From the NCBI GenBank assembly GCA_030765185.1, contig JAVCDE010000015.1, positions 1-62,106 on the forward strand: a stretch of DNA of 62,106 nucleotides, given 5' to 3'. Below the pieces are notes generated by a model. It was not told the origin of the DNA. It did no database searches and worked only from the letters and a program-made list of their open reading frames with translations. The translations under genes were made by a program, and so were the position numbers. Origin of the DNA: Candidatus Aceula meridiana (GTDB lineage: Bacteria; Omnitrophota; Gorgyraeia; Zapsychrales; Aceulaceae). Position 1 is the stretch's first letter; each line of letters begins with the position of its first letter. Shown in pieces: positions 1 through 8,722 of this stretch.

Positions 1-30
1 GATAAATTTTATTTCTAAAAAAGAAATCCA

Positions 31-636
31 TTATCGCTCGAATTTAACAACGTTTTGCCACCAAAGAGAACTGTCCCAAGTTTGCAATTGTTTCCATAGC
101 TTTTTTGCACTCTTTGTTCTTAAGAAGCTTGGGGCCCTTTTTAAGAAAATCTTAGCCTTGGTGTGGCCGTCTTGATGATATTCTTTGGCCTGCAACAAAC
201 ACTCAAGGATATCAGCATCTCGGGCAATCAAGCTTGCGAGTGTTTGTTGTTTATCATATTTATCCCGAAGCTGGCGAAGATCTTTTTGAACGCCAATGTC
301 TAGATTTTCCATCTGGTCTTGAAAAACTTTCTTTTCAGCTTCTTTAAAATCAATATAAAAATGCCCCATTTTATGCAAATCATTAATACGGGCTTCATGG
401 ATATCATTAAAAAGAGCCATCATAACAGCTTCATAAGGAGGAGTCTTTTCCATGTGGGCGATATAATGAGCAATAACAGCACATCGAAACGAATGATCGG
501 CAACGCTTTCTGGGTTTTTGATCCCTGCAACCCACCATCCGCTACGTTTAACACGTTTTAAAAGCCCGGCTTCGGCAAAAAAATCTAAAGCCGGTTTTGT
601 CTTCTTAGGTTTTCTTTTTTTGTTTTGTGATTTCAT
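31..636 (-). CDS. HD-domain phosphohydrolase (YfbR/HDDC2-like, HD_3 family)
   Basis: From ORF 31..666. RSGWW..PESVADHSFR and LFNDIHEARINDL align to the H..HD..D metal-binding pattern of YfbR-type 5'-nucleotidases, but the HD dyad reads ND. Start moved to MKSQNKK (636) to reduce overlap with the upstream gene. Confidence 0.55.
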   Translation of the reverse strand: MKSQNKKRKPKKTKPALDFFAEAGLLKRVKRSGWWVAGIKNPESVADHSFRCAVIAHYIAHMEKTPPYEAVMMALFNDIHEARINDLHKMGHFYIDFKEAEKKVFQDQMENLDIGVQKDLRQLRDKYDKQQTLASLIARDADILECLLQAKEYHQDGHTKAKIFLKRAPSFLRTKSAKKLWKQLQTWDSSLWWQNVVKFER

Positions 637-1327
637 AGCAAAAAATAGTTGTAGCCTGGGCGGCATTAAGCGATAGCCTGGCTTGCTTCATTGGGATTGT
701 TATTTTCATATCTAAATGTTTCAAAATAGGACTTCGGATGCCTTTTTGCTCTGATCCTACCACAAGCCCTACAGGGTAAGAGAATTTAGCATCATAAATG
801 TCCTGGCCGTCTTCAACAACAGCCCCGGCAATCCAAAACCCTCTTTCTTTTGCCTCTAAAATAGCACGGGATAAATTAGCAACCTTGGCAATATGAACAT
901 AGTTCTCCCCGCCGCAAGCAACGCGTGAGACAGCCTCAGTAACTTCAACAGATTCTTTCTTCGGTAAAACAATTGCGAAATTCCCTAAACAAGCTAAACT
1001 CCGAACGATAGCTCCAAGATTCTGAGGATCTTTAAGTTCGTCTAAAAAAAGCAAAGACAATTTCTTTTTAACAGCAAGGTCTAAAAGGTCTTCATATAGT
1101 AAATACGTAAAATCGTCAACCTCAGCTAACACGCCCTGCGAATTGGCATGACGCGTCATTTTTATCATCTTGCTCTTAGGAACAACATAAAGAGCAAGTC
1201 CCCATTTTCGAGCTTTTTTCTTAATATATAACGCGTCCGGATGCGCCTCTTGCAAATAAATTTTCTTAATGCTTCGGGGATTTACCTTGATTCGCTCAAT
1301 AACAGGATTTTTTCCGAATAATCTCAT
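605..1327 (-). CDS. rlmB: SpoU/TrmH-family rRNA 2'-O-methyltransferase (RlmB-like)
   Basis: 240 aa. Substrate-binding N-terminal module (FGKNPVIERIK). C-terminal knot motifs GSEQKGIR, ITIPM, SLNAAQATTIFCYEI are typical of SpoU methylases. Confidence 0.7.
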   Translation of the reverse strand: MRLFGKNPVIERIKVNPRSIKKIYLQEAHPDALYIKKKARKWGLALYVVPKSKMIKMTRHANSQGVLAEVDDFTYLLYEDLLDLAVKKKLSLLFLDELKDPQNLGAIVRSLACLGNFAIVLPKKESVEVTEAVSRVACGGENYVHIAKVANLSRAILEAKERGFWIAGAVVEDGQDIYDAKFSYPVGLVVGSEQKGIRSPILKHLDMKITIPMKQARLSLNAAQATTIFCYEITKQKKKT

Positions 1328-1330
1328 AAG

Positions 1331-2005
1331 TTAAAACCTATAAATCTTTCCAAAAATTGGCATAACAATAATAACAATCAAATAAATATAAAAAGCCATC
1401 GTTATCCAAATAGATAAAATATCTAAAAATTTCTCCACCAGCACATTTCCTCTCATCAAGTCAAAATAAGCGCTTCGCTTCCCATGATTAGTCCGCTCAA
1501 GGGCTGCTTCCTCGAGGCTCTTTAACCCAATAAAAATCTTACCGCAAAAAAGGCTCTGAACAATCTGGTTATATTCTTGGTTATATTCACAATCATCTTT
1601 ACAATGGCCTTCCCCGGAAATCGGAACATATTTCATATCACACACCTTGCAATAACCTTGATAAGAAAAATAAAAAATAATTGAACAAAAGAAATTAATT
1701 AAAAACCACGGAAGCTTAATAAAACCACTCATGCTCATGGGCTGAATCCAAAATCTTTTCCTTGATTGCCCACTCTTCATGTCATTAAGACTAAACAGAA
1801 AAGAAGTCAAAAAAGTTCTTCTTCTAAAAAAAACTCCTAAAAGATAACTTTTTCGTTCGTGAGTCAAAACCTCACGATCCTGGATAACAATTTTTTCTGT
1901 AGCCTTGCGCTTAAAGATGTCTCGTTCAAACAAAGCTCCATCGCAATAAATACACTTGCTAAGTTTCTCTGCGTCAAACGACACGTTGCATCGTGGACAA
2001 TGCAT
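1331..2005 (-). CDS. Zinc-ribbon membrane protein, function unknown
   Basis: N-terminal CPRC..CIYCDG ribbon, several hydrophobic helices, Cys-rich loop CKVCD..HCKDDCEY. No family recognised. Confidence 0.4.
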   Translation of the reverse strand: MHCPRCNVSFDAEKLSKCIYCDGALFERDIFKRKATEKIVIQDREVLTHERKSYLLGVFFRRRTFLTSFLFSLNDMKSGQSRKRFWIQPMSMSGFIKLPWFLINFFCSIIFYFSYQGYCKVCDMKYVPISGEGHCKDDCEYNQEYNQIVQSLFCGKIFIGLKSLEEAALERTNHGKRSAYFDLMRGNVLVEKFLDILSIWITMAFYIYLIVIIVMPIFGKIYRF

Positions 2006-2202
2006 TAGATTTTCCCTTTGCGGTGATCAACAAGGCTAAAGGTTTTCGCCTGAGAGCGCGTTAACTTTTCCCTTTGTGCCTGCTCGGTCATAACTCTCGC
2101 AATCTGATCAACATTTAAATCTGGTAAAAGACCATTATAAAAAATGCAATAGCTGCGGTCATCTTTTTTATAAGAAATTGTACAGCGGGTGCACTTTTTC
2201 AT
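2005..2202 (-). CDS. Small hypothetical protein (degenerate zinc-ribbon)
   Basis: 65 aa. TAATG 1-nt stop/start overlap with the downstream gene. N-terminus CTRC..YCIFYNG parallels the neighbour's ribbon, with the second CxxC lost. Confidence 0.3.
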   Translation of the reverse strand: MKKCTRCTISYKKDDRSYCIFYNGLLPDLNVDQIARVMTEQAQREKLTRSQAKTFSLVDHRKGKI

Positions 2203-2215
2203 AACATTTTATAGA

Positions 2216-2947
2216 CTATTTCTTAAAGCCAAACCCGAGATAAAAAATTGGTTTTAAAATACTCCACCACCCCAAAAAGGGACGCATTTTTGTATAACCC
2301 AATTCTTTGGGCGGATAAATCTTGGTCACAGGAACCTCTATATACCGATACCCTAAGGTCACAGCTTTAAAAAGAAGATACGGTTCCAATTCATACGCAT
2401 TTAGCCACGACTGATGAAAATCAATTTGCTCATTATTGAACAAAGAAAGCCGTATCGCGCGAAATCCATTGGTGCTGTCAGTTATTTTTCGTTTTGTAAA
2501 GAGCGAGAAAAGAAACGGGTGGAGCTGTGTTGCCATTTTTCGATAAAACGGCATATCTCCGCCAATTTTTCCTTCTTTAAGATAACGTGATCCTTGAACG
2601 AAATCGTAAGAATATTCAGCAACCTGAGAGACCAAATCCATAATTTGATTAGGGTCATCCTTATCGTTTCCAGCCATAATCACAATGATTTCATAGTCTT
2701 TTTCCCTCGCGAAACAAATCGCTGTACGGATGGCTGTGCCGACTCCACTGCGTTTATCATGCCGGATGGTTCCGACCCCTTGATCGAAAAACTGATTAAT
2801 AATTTGCGTGGTCTCATCCGTTGACCCATCATCAACAACAAGATAATCAACTTTTCCATGCGCAGAGCTCTTTAAAAATCGCTCTATTGTTTTCTTAATT
2901 TTAATGTGCTCGTTAAAGGCAACAGGACAGACGAGAATTTTAGGCAT
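2216..2947 (-). CDS. Glycosyltransferase family 2
   Basis: GT-A signature CPVAFNE..DYLVVDDGSTDET and downstream DKDD/QGSR motifs. 243 aa. Confidence 0.7.
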   Translation of the reverse strand: MPKILVCPVAFNEHIKIKKTIERFLKSSAHGKVDYLVVDDGSTDETTQIINQFFDQGVGTIRHDKRSGVGTAIRTAICFAREKDYEIIVIMAGNDKDDPNQIMDLVSQVAEYSYDFVQGSRYLKEGKIGGDMPFYRKMATQLHPFLFSLFTKRKITDSTNGFRAIRLSLFNNEQIDFHQSWLNAYELEPYLLFKAVTLGYRYIEVPVTKIYPPKELGYTKMRPFLGWWSILKPIFYLGFGFKK

Positions 2948-3497
2948 CGCAAATCAGGCTTTCTTTTTCCTGGTGATATTTAAGGCCACAAGGACAAACT
3001 AAAGTTTTTTCTAATTTTTGTCCACATCGGCATACAAAACCAACAGGCTTAGCGGGATTACCGACGAGTAAAGCATGAGATGCAACATCTTTAGTCACAA
3101 CGCTCCCGGCACCAATAAAAGCATACTCCCCGATAGTAACGCCGCACAAAACAGTGGAATTGCTTCCTAAGGTTGCGCCTTTTTTAACAACAACTTTTTC
3201 TAAATCCCAAGAGTCGTTATAATGACTTCTTGGATGACGGTCGTTAACAAAAACAACATTCGCTCCACAAAAAACATTGTCCTCTAGCGTGACACCATCA
3301 AAAACGGCAACACTATTTTTAATCGTGACATTATCACCAACAACAGCGCCTTTTTCCACAAAACATCCATCGCAAATATTGCACTGCTTACCAACAGAAG
3401 CCCCATCTTGGATGTTAACAAAAGCCCAGATGCGCGTCTTATCTCCCACGTTAGCTTCTTTGCCAACAAGGGCTAAAGGATGTTTAAAATAATTCAT
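2940..3497 (-). CDS. Left-handed beta-helix N-acetyltransferase, WbpD-like (amino-sugar N-acetylation)
   Basis: Hexapeptide repeats (IWAFVNI, VGKQCNI, VGDNVTIKNSVAVFDGVTLEDNVFCGANVVFVNDRHPRS, GATLGSNSTV, GAGSVVTKDV..VGNPAK) and a C-terminal CRCG..CPCG tail, as in WbpD-type enzymes. Confidence 0.65.
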   Translation of the reverse strand: MNYFKHPLALVGKEANVGDKTRIWAFVNIQDGASVGKQCNICDGCFVEKGAVVGDNVTIKNSVAVFDGVTLEDNVFCGANVVFVNDRHPRSHYNDSWDLEKVVVKKGATLGSNSTVLCGVTIGEYAFIGAGSVVTKDVASHALLVGNPAKPVGFVCRCGQKLEKTLVCPCGLKYHQEKESLICDA

Positions 3498-3500
3498 GCG

Positions 3501-4517
3501 TTACCTAATCTTTATAGGTGCCCCGTTATTTTTTATAGACTCTTGAATAGCAACTAATGCTCGAACAACATCGCCGGCTTTTTTTGCATCAGCCAAATCA
3601 GGAGATGTGTTGTTCTCAATACAATGAATAAAATATTGATCTTGTTTTTTAAGCGGCTCCCCTGTAGCTATCTTAGGAATTGTAATACTTCCCTCTCGCG
3701 ATAAAAGCTGAAACTCTCCATACGTCTGATAAAAAACCTCTGTTTTCTCGACGTGCTTATCATAAAGCTTAATAGGCCCGAGATTATCCAAGTCATCCCA
3801 GACAACCATTTTTTGCCCACCAACAACTGTAATTTGACGAACCTTGCGCGGATCTAGCCAACTGACGTGTACATTAACTAAAATATCATTAGGATATTCG
3901 AGCGTAGCAAAGGCCAAATCTTCTAAGGATGTTTTAAGGGCCTTTTGCCCGCGCGCTGAAACGCTAAGCGGACAAGCATCAAATAAATAATTAAAAATGG
4001 ATATGTCGTGAGGAGCTAAATCCCAAAGCGCATTAACATCATAACGAAAAGGCCCTAAGTTTGTTCTTTCGGAATGCGCATAATAAACATCCCCCAGCTC
4101 TCCGGAAGAAATATATTTCTTAAGATGCGCGATCCCTTCATTAAAAACAAAAATATGACCAACCATCAAAATCTTGTTTTGCTTTTCCGCCAAATTTTGA
4201 AGCTCCTCACACTCTTTAACAACAAGGCTTAGCGGTTTTTCGCAAAGGACATGTTTGCCGGCCAAAAGAGCATCTTTGACAATTTGATGATGTGTCACTG
4301 TTGGCGTTGCAACGCAAACTGCATCAACGTCTTGACTATCTAGAATATCCTGATAATTTTTTGTTACCTTAATGCCAGGATGCATGCCTTTGATTGCACT
4401 TAATCTATCTGCATCGGAATCAGCGCACATCAAGACATCTACATCAGGCATCTGATCAAAAACTCGAAGATGGTTTGGGCCCCAATGGCCGCATCCGACA
4501 ACACCTACAGAAACCAT
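3501..4517 (-). CDS. Gfo/Idh/MocA-family NAD-dependent sugar oxidoreductase (WbpB-like)
   Basis: N-terminal Rossmann VGVVGCGHWGPNH and conserved CEKPL motif. Adjacent to the WbpD-like acetyltransferase. Confidence 0.65.
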   Translation of the reverse strand: MVSVGVVGCGHWGPNHLRVFDQMPDVDVLMCADSDADRLSAIKGMHPGIKVTKNYQDILDSQDVDAVCVATPTVTHHQIVKDALLAGKHVLCEKPLSLVVKECEELQNLAEKQNKILMVGHIFVFNEGIAHLKKYISSGELGDVYYAHSERTNLGPFRYDVNALWDLAPHDISIFNYLFDACPLSVSARGQKALKTSLEDLAFATLEYPNDILVNVHVSWLDPRKVRQITVVGGQKMVVWDDLDNLGPIKLYDKHVEKTEVFYQTYGEFQLLSREGSITIPKIATGEPLKKQDQYFIHCIENNTSPDLADAKKAGDVVRALVAIQESIKNNGAPIKIR

Positions 4518-4526
4518 ACTAAGCTC

Positions 4527-5000
4527 CTAACGTTTAATGGCTGTCAGTTTATACTTCAGTGTTCCAGCCGGAACTTGAATTTCCACTTCATCATCTATTT
4601 TATGCCCTAAAAGAGCCTTCCCGATAGGTGATTGAATAGAAATTTTTCCCGTTTCATAATCAGCTTCTTCAGGACCGGTCAGAGTATATTCCTCCTCTTG
4701 TTCGGTCTCGAGATCTATAATCGTAACCGTAGCCCCGATAAAAGCTTTATCCTTAGGAATGTCTTCGTCATCAATGATTCTTACACGAGAAAGCTTACCT
4801 TCAAGCTCAGCAATGCGGGCCTCACAATACATCTGGGCATCCTTGGCCGCATCATATTCTGCGTTCTCGGAAAGGTCCCCTAAAAGACGAGCTTCCCCAA
4901 TGGCCTTTGAAATTTTCGGGCGCTCTGAGCCTTTAAGGCGTTCAAGCTCCGCTTGTAATTTCTCAAATCCTTGTCGTGATAAATAAACTTCATCTGCCAT
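4527..5000 (-). CDS. greA: Transcription elongation factor GreA
   Basis: LSRQGFEKLQAELERLK..RPKISKAIGEARLLGDLSENAEYDAAKD coiled-coil plus C-terminal FKBP-like domain. Start taken at MADEVYL. Confidence 0.85.
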   Translation of the reverse strand: MADEVYLSRQGFEKLQAELERLKGSERPKISKAIGEARLLGDLSENAEYDAAKDAQMYCEARIAELEGKLSRVRIIDDEDIPKDKAFIGATVTIIDLETEQEEEYTLTGPEEADYETGKISIQSPIGKALLGHKIDDEVEIQVPAGTLKYKLTAIKR

Positions 5001-5042
5001 AAAAAATCCTTTCACTTAAAAAGAAAGCCTTATGGCTTTAAA

Positions 5043-5276
5043 TTACATACTGCCAACAGCTGTATTGATTAAAGGAAGAATTCCTTCTAACTCTACTTTT
5101 GTCATACGTCCTAGCTTAGCGAAACGCCATTCTTCAGTAGGTGACTTATTTTCTCGGCTAATCTGAATTTTTTTCTCTCCGCCATTGTAAGAAAAAACAC
5201 CTACAGAAATTCTTGTGTCTTCAAATTCTTTGATGTCTTTGAAGATCTCCGCGTCTAACGACTTGTCATACGGCAT
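5043..5276 (-). CDS. PC4/YdbC-like ssDNA-binding family protein
   Basis: 77 aa. Pattern VGVFSYNGGEKKIQISRE..KLGRMTKVELEGIL resembles B. subtilis YdbC (SWNGRPPKFDLREW..GITLTNEEFAEL). Confidence 0.5.
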   Translation of the reverse strand: MPYDKSLDAEIFKDIKEFEDTRISVGVFSYNGGEKKIQISRENKSPTEEWRFAKLGRMTKVELEGILPLINTAVGSM

Positions 5277-5321
5277 GTCCTGCTCCTTTGGTTGAATGAT
5301 TATTGGTTATTTTAAAAAATC

Positions 5322-5609
5322 TTAAAATCCGGGAAACCCGGCCATGGCCTTCATTTTCTCGGCAGCAATCGCCTGAGACTTTAAAATAGCCTCATTGGCG
5401 CCTTTTAAAAATGCCTGTTCTAAGCTTTCTTTATTGTCCTTATTTAAAACATCAAAATCAAGTTCAATTGATTTAAACTTCTGCGTTCCATTGATAACAA
5501 TCTTAATTCCCGCAGGTGCATTTGTCTCAACTTCGGCTGCTTCCAAGTCGCGCTTGATTTGTTCAGCCTGTTTTTTCATCTGCATCAATTTCTTCATTTG
5601 GTCAAGCAT
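5322..5609 (-). CDS. ybaB: Nucleoid-associated protein YbaB/EbfC
   Basis: 95 aa. MKKLMQMKKQAEQIKRDLEAAEVE..GTQKFKSIELD..LEQAFLKGANEA is a typical YbaB/EbfC fold signature. Confidence 0.8.
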   Translation of the reverse strand: MLDQMKKLMQMKKQAEQIKRDLEAAEVETNAPAGIKIVINGTQKFKSIELDFDVLNKDNKESLEQAFLKGANEAILKSQAIAAEKMKAMAGFPGF

Positions 5610-5636
5610 GTCTTTCTCCTTAAGTTTATGAATGAA

Positions 5637-5930
5637 CTATTGCAACCTGTACCCGAGACCAAATAATGTTGCAACCACAAACGATTTTAAAAAGATAATT
5701 GCCAGAAAAGCAACAATCGGTGAAAGGTCAATCGACATCATAGGTAAAAATCGGCGGATAGGCTGCAAAATCGGCTCAGTTGTCCGATACAAAAACTGGA
5801 CAATCGGATTAGAAGGATCTGGATTAACCCAACTAATTAAAGCACGAACAAGAATAAGCCAATACAAAAGCGTTAAGACAACATCGATAACCTTGGCTAG
5901 GGCAAAAACAAAATTACTTACAGCGAACAT
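5637..5930 (-). CDS. YggT-family membrane protein
   Basis: 97 aa, 2-3 TM. YWLILVRALISWVNPDPSNPIVQFLYRTTEPILQPIRRFLP is the YggT consensus. Confidence 0.75.
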   Translation of the reverse strand: MFAVSNFVFALAKVIDVVLTLLYWLILVRALISWVNPDPSNPIVQFLYRTTEPILQPIRRFLPMMSIDLSPIVAFLAIIFLKSFVVATLFGLGYRLQ

Positions 5931-5951
5931 CTTTCCTCCTTAGAATATTGG

Positions 5952-7022
5952 TTATTTTTTCTTCTCAAAAGCCTTTTCTTGATCATAATTAATTGCCCGA
6001 ATCGGATATGGAATATTAATACCCTCTTTAGCATAACGATTGTGCAGGCGTTTAATAAATTCATGCTTGATAAGATAATTATCTACAAATTCTTTAGCCC
6101 TTAGAATGACTGTAAAATTAATGCTGAAATCATCGAACGTATGATAACGAGTAAAAGGTTCGAATTCTGGAACACCGCCGGTTACCTCTTTCATCGTTTC
6201 TTTGCCGACTTCAATAGTTACCTTCTCAACATGTTCAAGGTCAGATTCATAATGAACGCCCACCTGCACCAAGACAGCCATTTCTTTTTCTGGGTAATAA
6301 TAATTTGTTACTCGCGAACTCACCAAAGACTTATTGGGAATGACAACCATATTATTAGGGAGCATGCGAATCCAAGTCGAGCGCCATCCGATTCTATGAA
6401 CATATCCTTCTTCCCCGCTTTCAAGCTTAACAAAATGCCCAACTTTAATGGGCTTGTCGACAACAAGTTGAATGCCGGAAAAAAAGTTTTCCAAAGTCGG
6501 CTGAAGCGCAAGAGCAACCGCCAAAGAACCAATTCCCAAAGATGCGATAATCGGAGTGATAGAAACACCAAAGCTATCCAGTAAAATAAGAAACCCAATT
6601 CCAATGACAAGAACACGGGCAATGCTACGCGCAACTCCACCTGATGTCTTTAAAATATCAACTTTATTCGAATAACTAAGCAAAAGGCTGCTAATAAGCT
6701 TATCAATAAACAAAACAACAGAAACAATCACGATAGCCTTAAACCCTAAGACAACAAACTTTGCCATTTCAATATTCCCTAAAAATGGCGTTGTTTTTTC
6801 CAAAAAAAGCCATCCACTGGCAAAGACTAACAACACAAGAGGAAAATCAAGCGCATTAAGAAAAATGTCATCAGCCTTTGTTTTTGTTTTATCAGCAGCT
6901 TTGCGAAACGCCCGAAAAATAAATGCTTTTAAAAAAAGCAAAGCCGTAACCCATATTAAATAAACAGCCGGGACATAGACAAAAAGTGGTATTTTAAGCC
7001 CAAAAATATTCATACTCTCCAT
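5952..7022 (-). CDS. Small-conductance mechanosensitive channel (MscS family)
   Basis: N-terminal TM helices. Pore/beta-domain motif GIGSLAVALALQPTLENFFSGIQLVVDKPIKVGHFV..IGWRSTWIR..VVIPN. Confidence 0.8.
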   Translation of the reverse strand: MESMNIFGLKIPLFVYVPAVYLIWVTALLFLKAFIFRAFRKAADKTKTKADDIFLNALDFPLVLLVFASGWLFLEKTTPFLGNIEMAKFVVLGFKAIVIVSVVLFIDKLISSLLLSYSNKVDILKTSGGVARSIARVLVIGIGFLILLDSFGVSITPIIASLGIGSLAVALALQPTLENFFSGIQLVVDKPIKVGHFVKLESGEEGYVHRIGWRSTWIRMLPNNMVVIPNKSLVSSRVTNYYYPEKEMAVLVQVGVHYESDLEHVEKVTIEVGKETMKEVTGGVPEFEPFTRYHTFDDFSINFTVILRAKEFVDNYLIKHEFIKRLHNRYAKEGINIPYPIRAINYDQEKAFEKKK

Positions 7023-7039
7023 AATCTTTTTCTCCTTTT

Positions 7040-7639
7040 TTAAAAAACTCTAAACAGAGTACCATCGATTAATCTTTGCTCTAAACGATTAAAAACACGT
7101 TTGATCGCTTGAAATTTCACTTGCACGTCTACCATCAGGTCATCTAAAGATCCTGCTGCCCCCTGAAATGACGCCACAGCCTCACCAAAAGTTTCAGCTA
7201 AATCTTGAACATTTAAAGGGTCTTCTCCTAAAATAGCACTATCTAAAGATTTCGTCCGATTTTGCCCGGTTCTGTCAGTGCTAATATTAACAATCTTCTG
7301 CCCTAAAACACCTTCAGTGGCAATACGAAAACTATAGGCTTTCTCAATTTGCGCTCGGTAGCGCTTAAAAAAACTAAGCGTAACTTCAACATTGCGCCCG
7401 TTAACTTCTTGAGGAAGAAAATCAATCTTTCTAACACTCCCTACGGTTACCCCGGAAAGACGGATTGGTGCCCCAATCGAAAGCCCTCCAACCTCACGAA
7501 ATAAAACCTTTACCGTAAACTTCGCCTGCATTATCCCTTTGTCCATTCCAATCGATAAAATAACAGCCAATATCAGAATAATTCCAATGACAAAAAATAG
7601 CCCTGAATAGAGCTTTACTAAAAATTCTTTTTTTTCCAT
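7040..7639 (-). CDS. mlaD: MCE-domain protein MlaD (phospholipid transport)
   Basis: N-terminal TM anchor and MCE domain VKVLFREVGGLSIGAPIRLSGVTVGSVRKIDF. Operon with mlaF and mlaE. Confidence 0.7.
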   Translation of the reverse strand: MEKKEFLVKLYSGLFFVIGIILILAVILSIGMDKGIMQAKFTVKVLFREVGGLSIGAPIRLSGVTVGSVRKIDFLPQEVNGRNVEVTLSFFKRYRAQIEKAYSFRIATEGVLGQKIVNISTDRTGQNRTKSLDSAILGEDPLNVQDLAETFGEAVASFQGAAGSLDDLMVDVQVKFQAIKRVFNRLEQRLIDGTLFRVF

Positions 7640-7650
7640 TTTCCCCTACC

Positions 7651-8367
7651 TTATTTTAAAAATTCTTTAACAAAAACATCATTAATAAATTTTAACTCTT
7701 GGGCCGTCCCCTTTGCGACTAGCTCGCCATCACGAATAATTGCAAGCTTATCAGCAATACGAAAAGAATTTTTCATATCATGCGAAGTAATAACTGTTGT
7801 TGTATTAAATTTTCGTGAAATATTTTTTATCAAATCCATAATTTCCCGGCTACGAATAGGGTCTAAGCCTGATGTGGGCTCATCGCAAAAAAGAAAACCT
7901 GAATCTAGAATAACAGCCCTGGCTAAAGCCGCACGCTTTCGCATTCCTCCGCTTAACTCCGACGGATATTTCTCTTCAACATTTTGAAGATCAACAGTCT
8001 TCAAAACTTCTTCAACCTTAGCACTAATAACTTCATCAGACAGCTTTGTATGTTCTTTTAGCGGAAATGCCACATTCTCAAAAACAGTCATAAAATCATA
8101 AAGAGCGCCGTCTTGAAACAAATATCCAATTTTTTTACGTAAGCTAAGCCAATCTTTTTCTTTAAACAGGCTAATATCTTTTTCCTGGATTTTAATCATG
8201 CCTTTATCCGGCTTCAACAGCCCAATCAAGTGCTGTAGCAAAACACTTTTTCCGGCTCCACTCTCACCTAAGATAGCCAAAATCTCCCCCTGTGCAATAT
8301 CAAGATTGATGTCTTTAAGGACTTCCTGATGAGAAAATGACTTGTATAGGCCAGAAATGTTAATCAT
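7651..8367 (-). CDS. mlaF: ABC transporter ATP-binding protein MlaF
   Basis: Walker A GESGAGKS, signature LSGGMRKR, Walker B FLFCDEPTSGLD. 238 aa. Flanked by MlaD and MlaE. Confidence 0.8.
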   Translation of the reverse strand: MINISGLYKSFSHQEVLKDINLDIAQGEILAILGESGAGKSVLLQHLIGLLKPDKGMIKIQEKDISLFKEKDWLSLRKKIGYLFQDGALYDFMTVFENVAFPLKEHTKLSDEVISAKVEEVLKTVDLQNVEEKYPSELSGGMRKRAALARAVILDSGFLFCDEPTSGLDPIRSREIMDLIKNISRKFNTTTVITSHDMKNSFRIADKLAIIRDGELVAKGTAQELKFINDVFVKEFLK

Positions 8368-8708
8368 TATTTTCTTTTTTTAAAGGAACGAAACTTATTC
8401 CTACCAAATTTTGTGTACAGCTGTTCATACGGGCGGACGTCAACCTTGCCAACAAAAACTTCAATATCGCGATATTCAGCAACGCTATAAACTTCCGCAT
8501 CTAACAAAATATCAACATTGTCCTGTGGATACCAGAGGCCTTCTTCAAATTTAATAGGTTCCCCATCACGAATCCATTGCGTTTCAACTTCAGGAAAATC
8601 ATAATCAATATTTTTCTTTTTACTGGAAAAGTTGCCGCCGCATCCAGACAGCACCACGATCATATTAAAAACAAGCATAACAAAAATAATTCTCTTAAAA
8701 ATTCTCAC
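8367..8708 (-). CDS. Small lipoprotein, function unknown
   Basis: Signal peptide with lipobox VVLSGC. 113 aa. 1-nt overlap with mlaF. Sits between mlaE and mlaF. Confidence 0.5.
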   Translation of the reverse strand: MRIFKRIIFVMLVFNMIVVLSGCGGNFSSKKKNIDYDFPEVETQWIRDGEPIKFEEGLWYPQDNVDILLDAEVYSVAEYRDIEVFVGKVDVRPYEQLYTKFGRNKFRSFKKRK

Positions 8709-8722
8709 TTTGCCCTCCTAGT

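Noticed and set aside
6141-6584. Antisense or alternative-frame ORFs inside well-supported genes (e.g. 6141..6584, 9006..9509, 26943..27267, 26953..27267, 39243..39635, 41840..42337, 52883..53257, 28211..28537)
   Set aside because: These are shadow ORFs typical of AT-rich genomes. Each is fully contained in a gene with clear family motifs, and their translations are low-complexity (R/K/L/F/I-rich) with no motifs.
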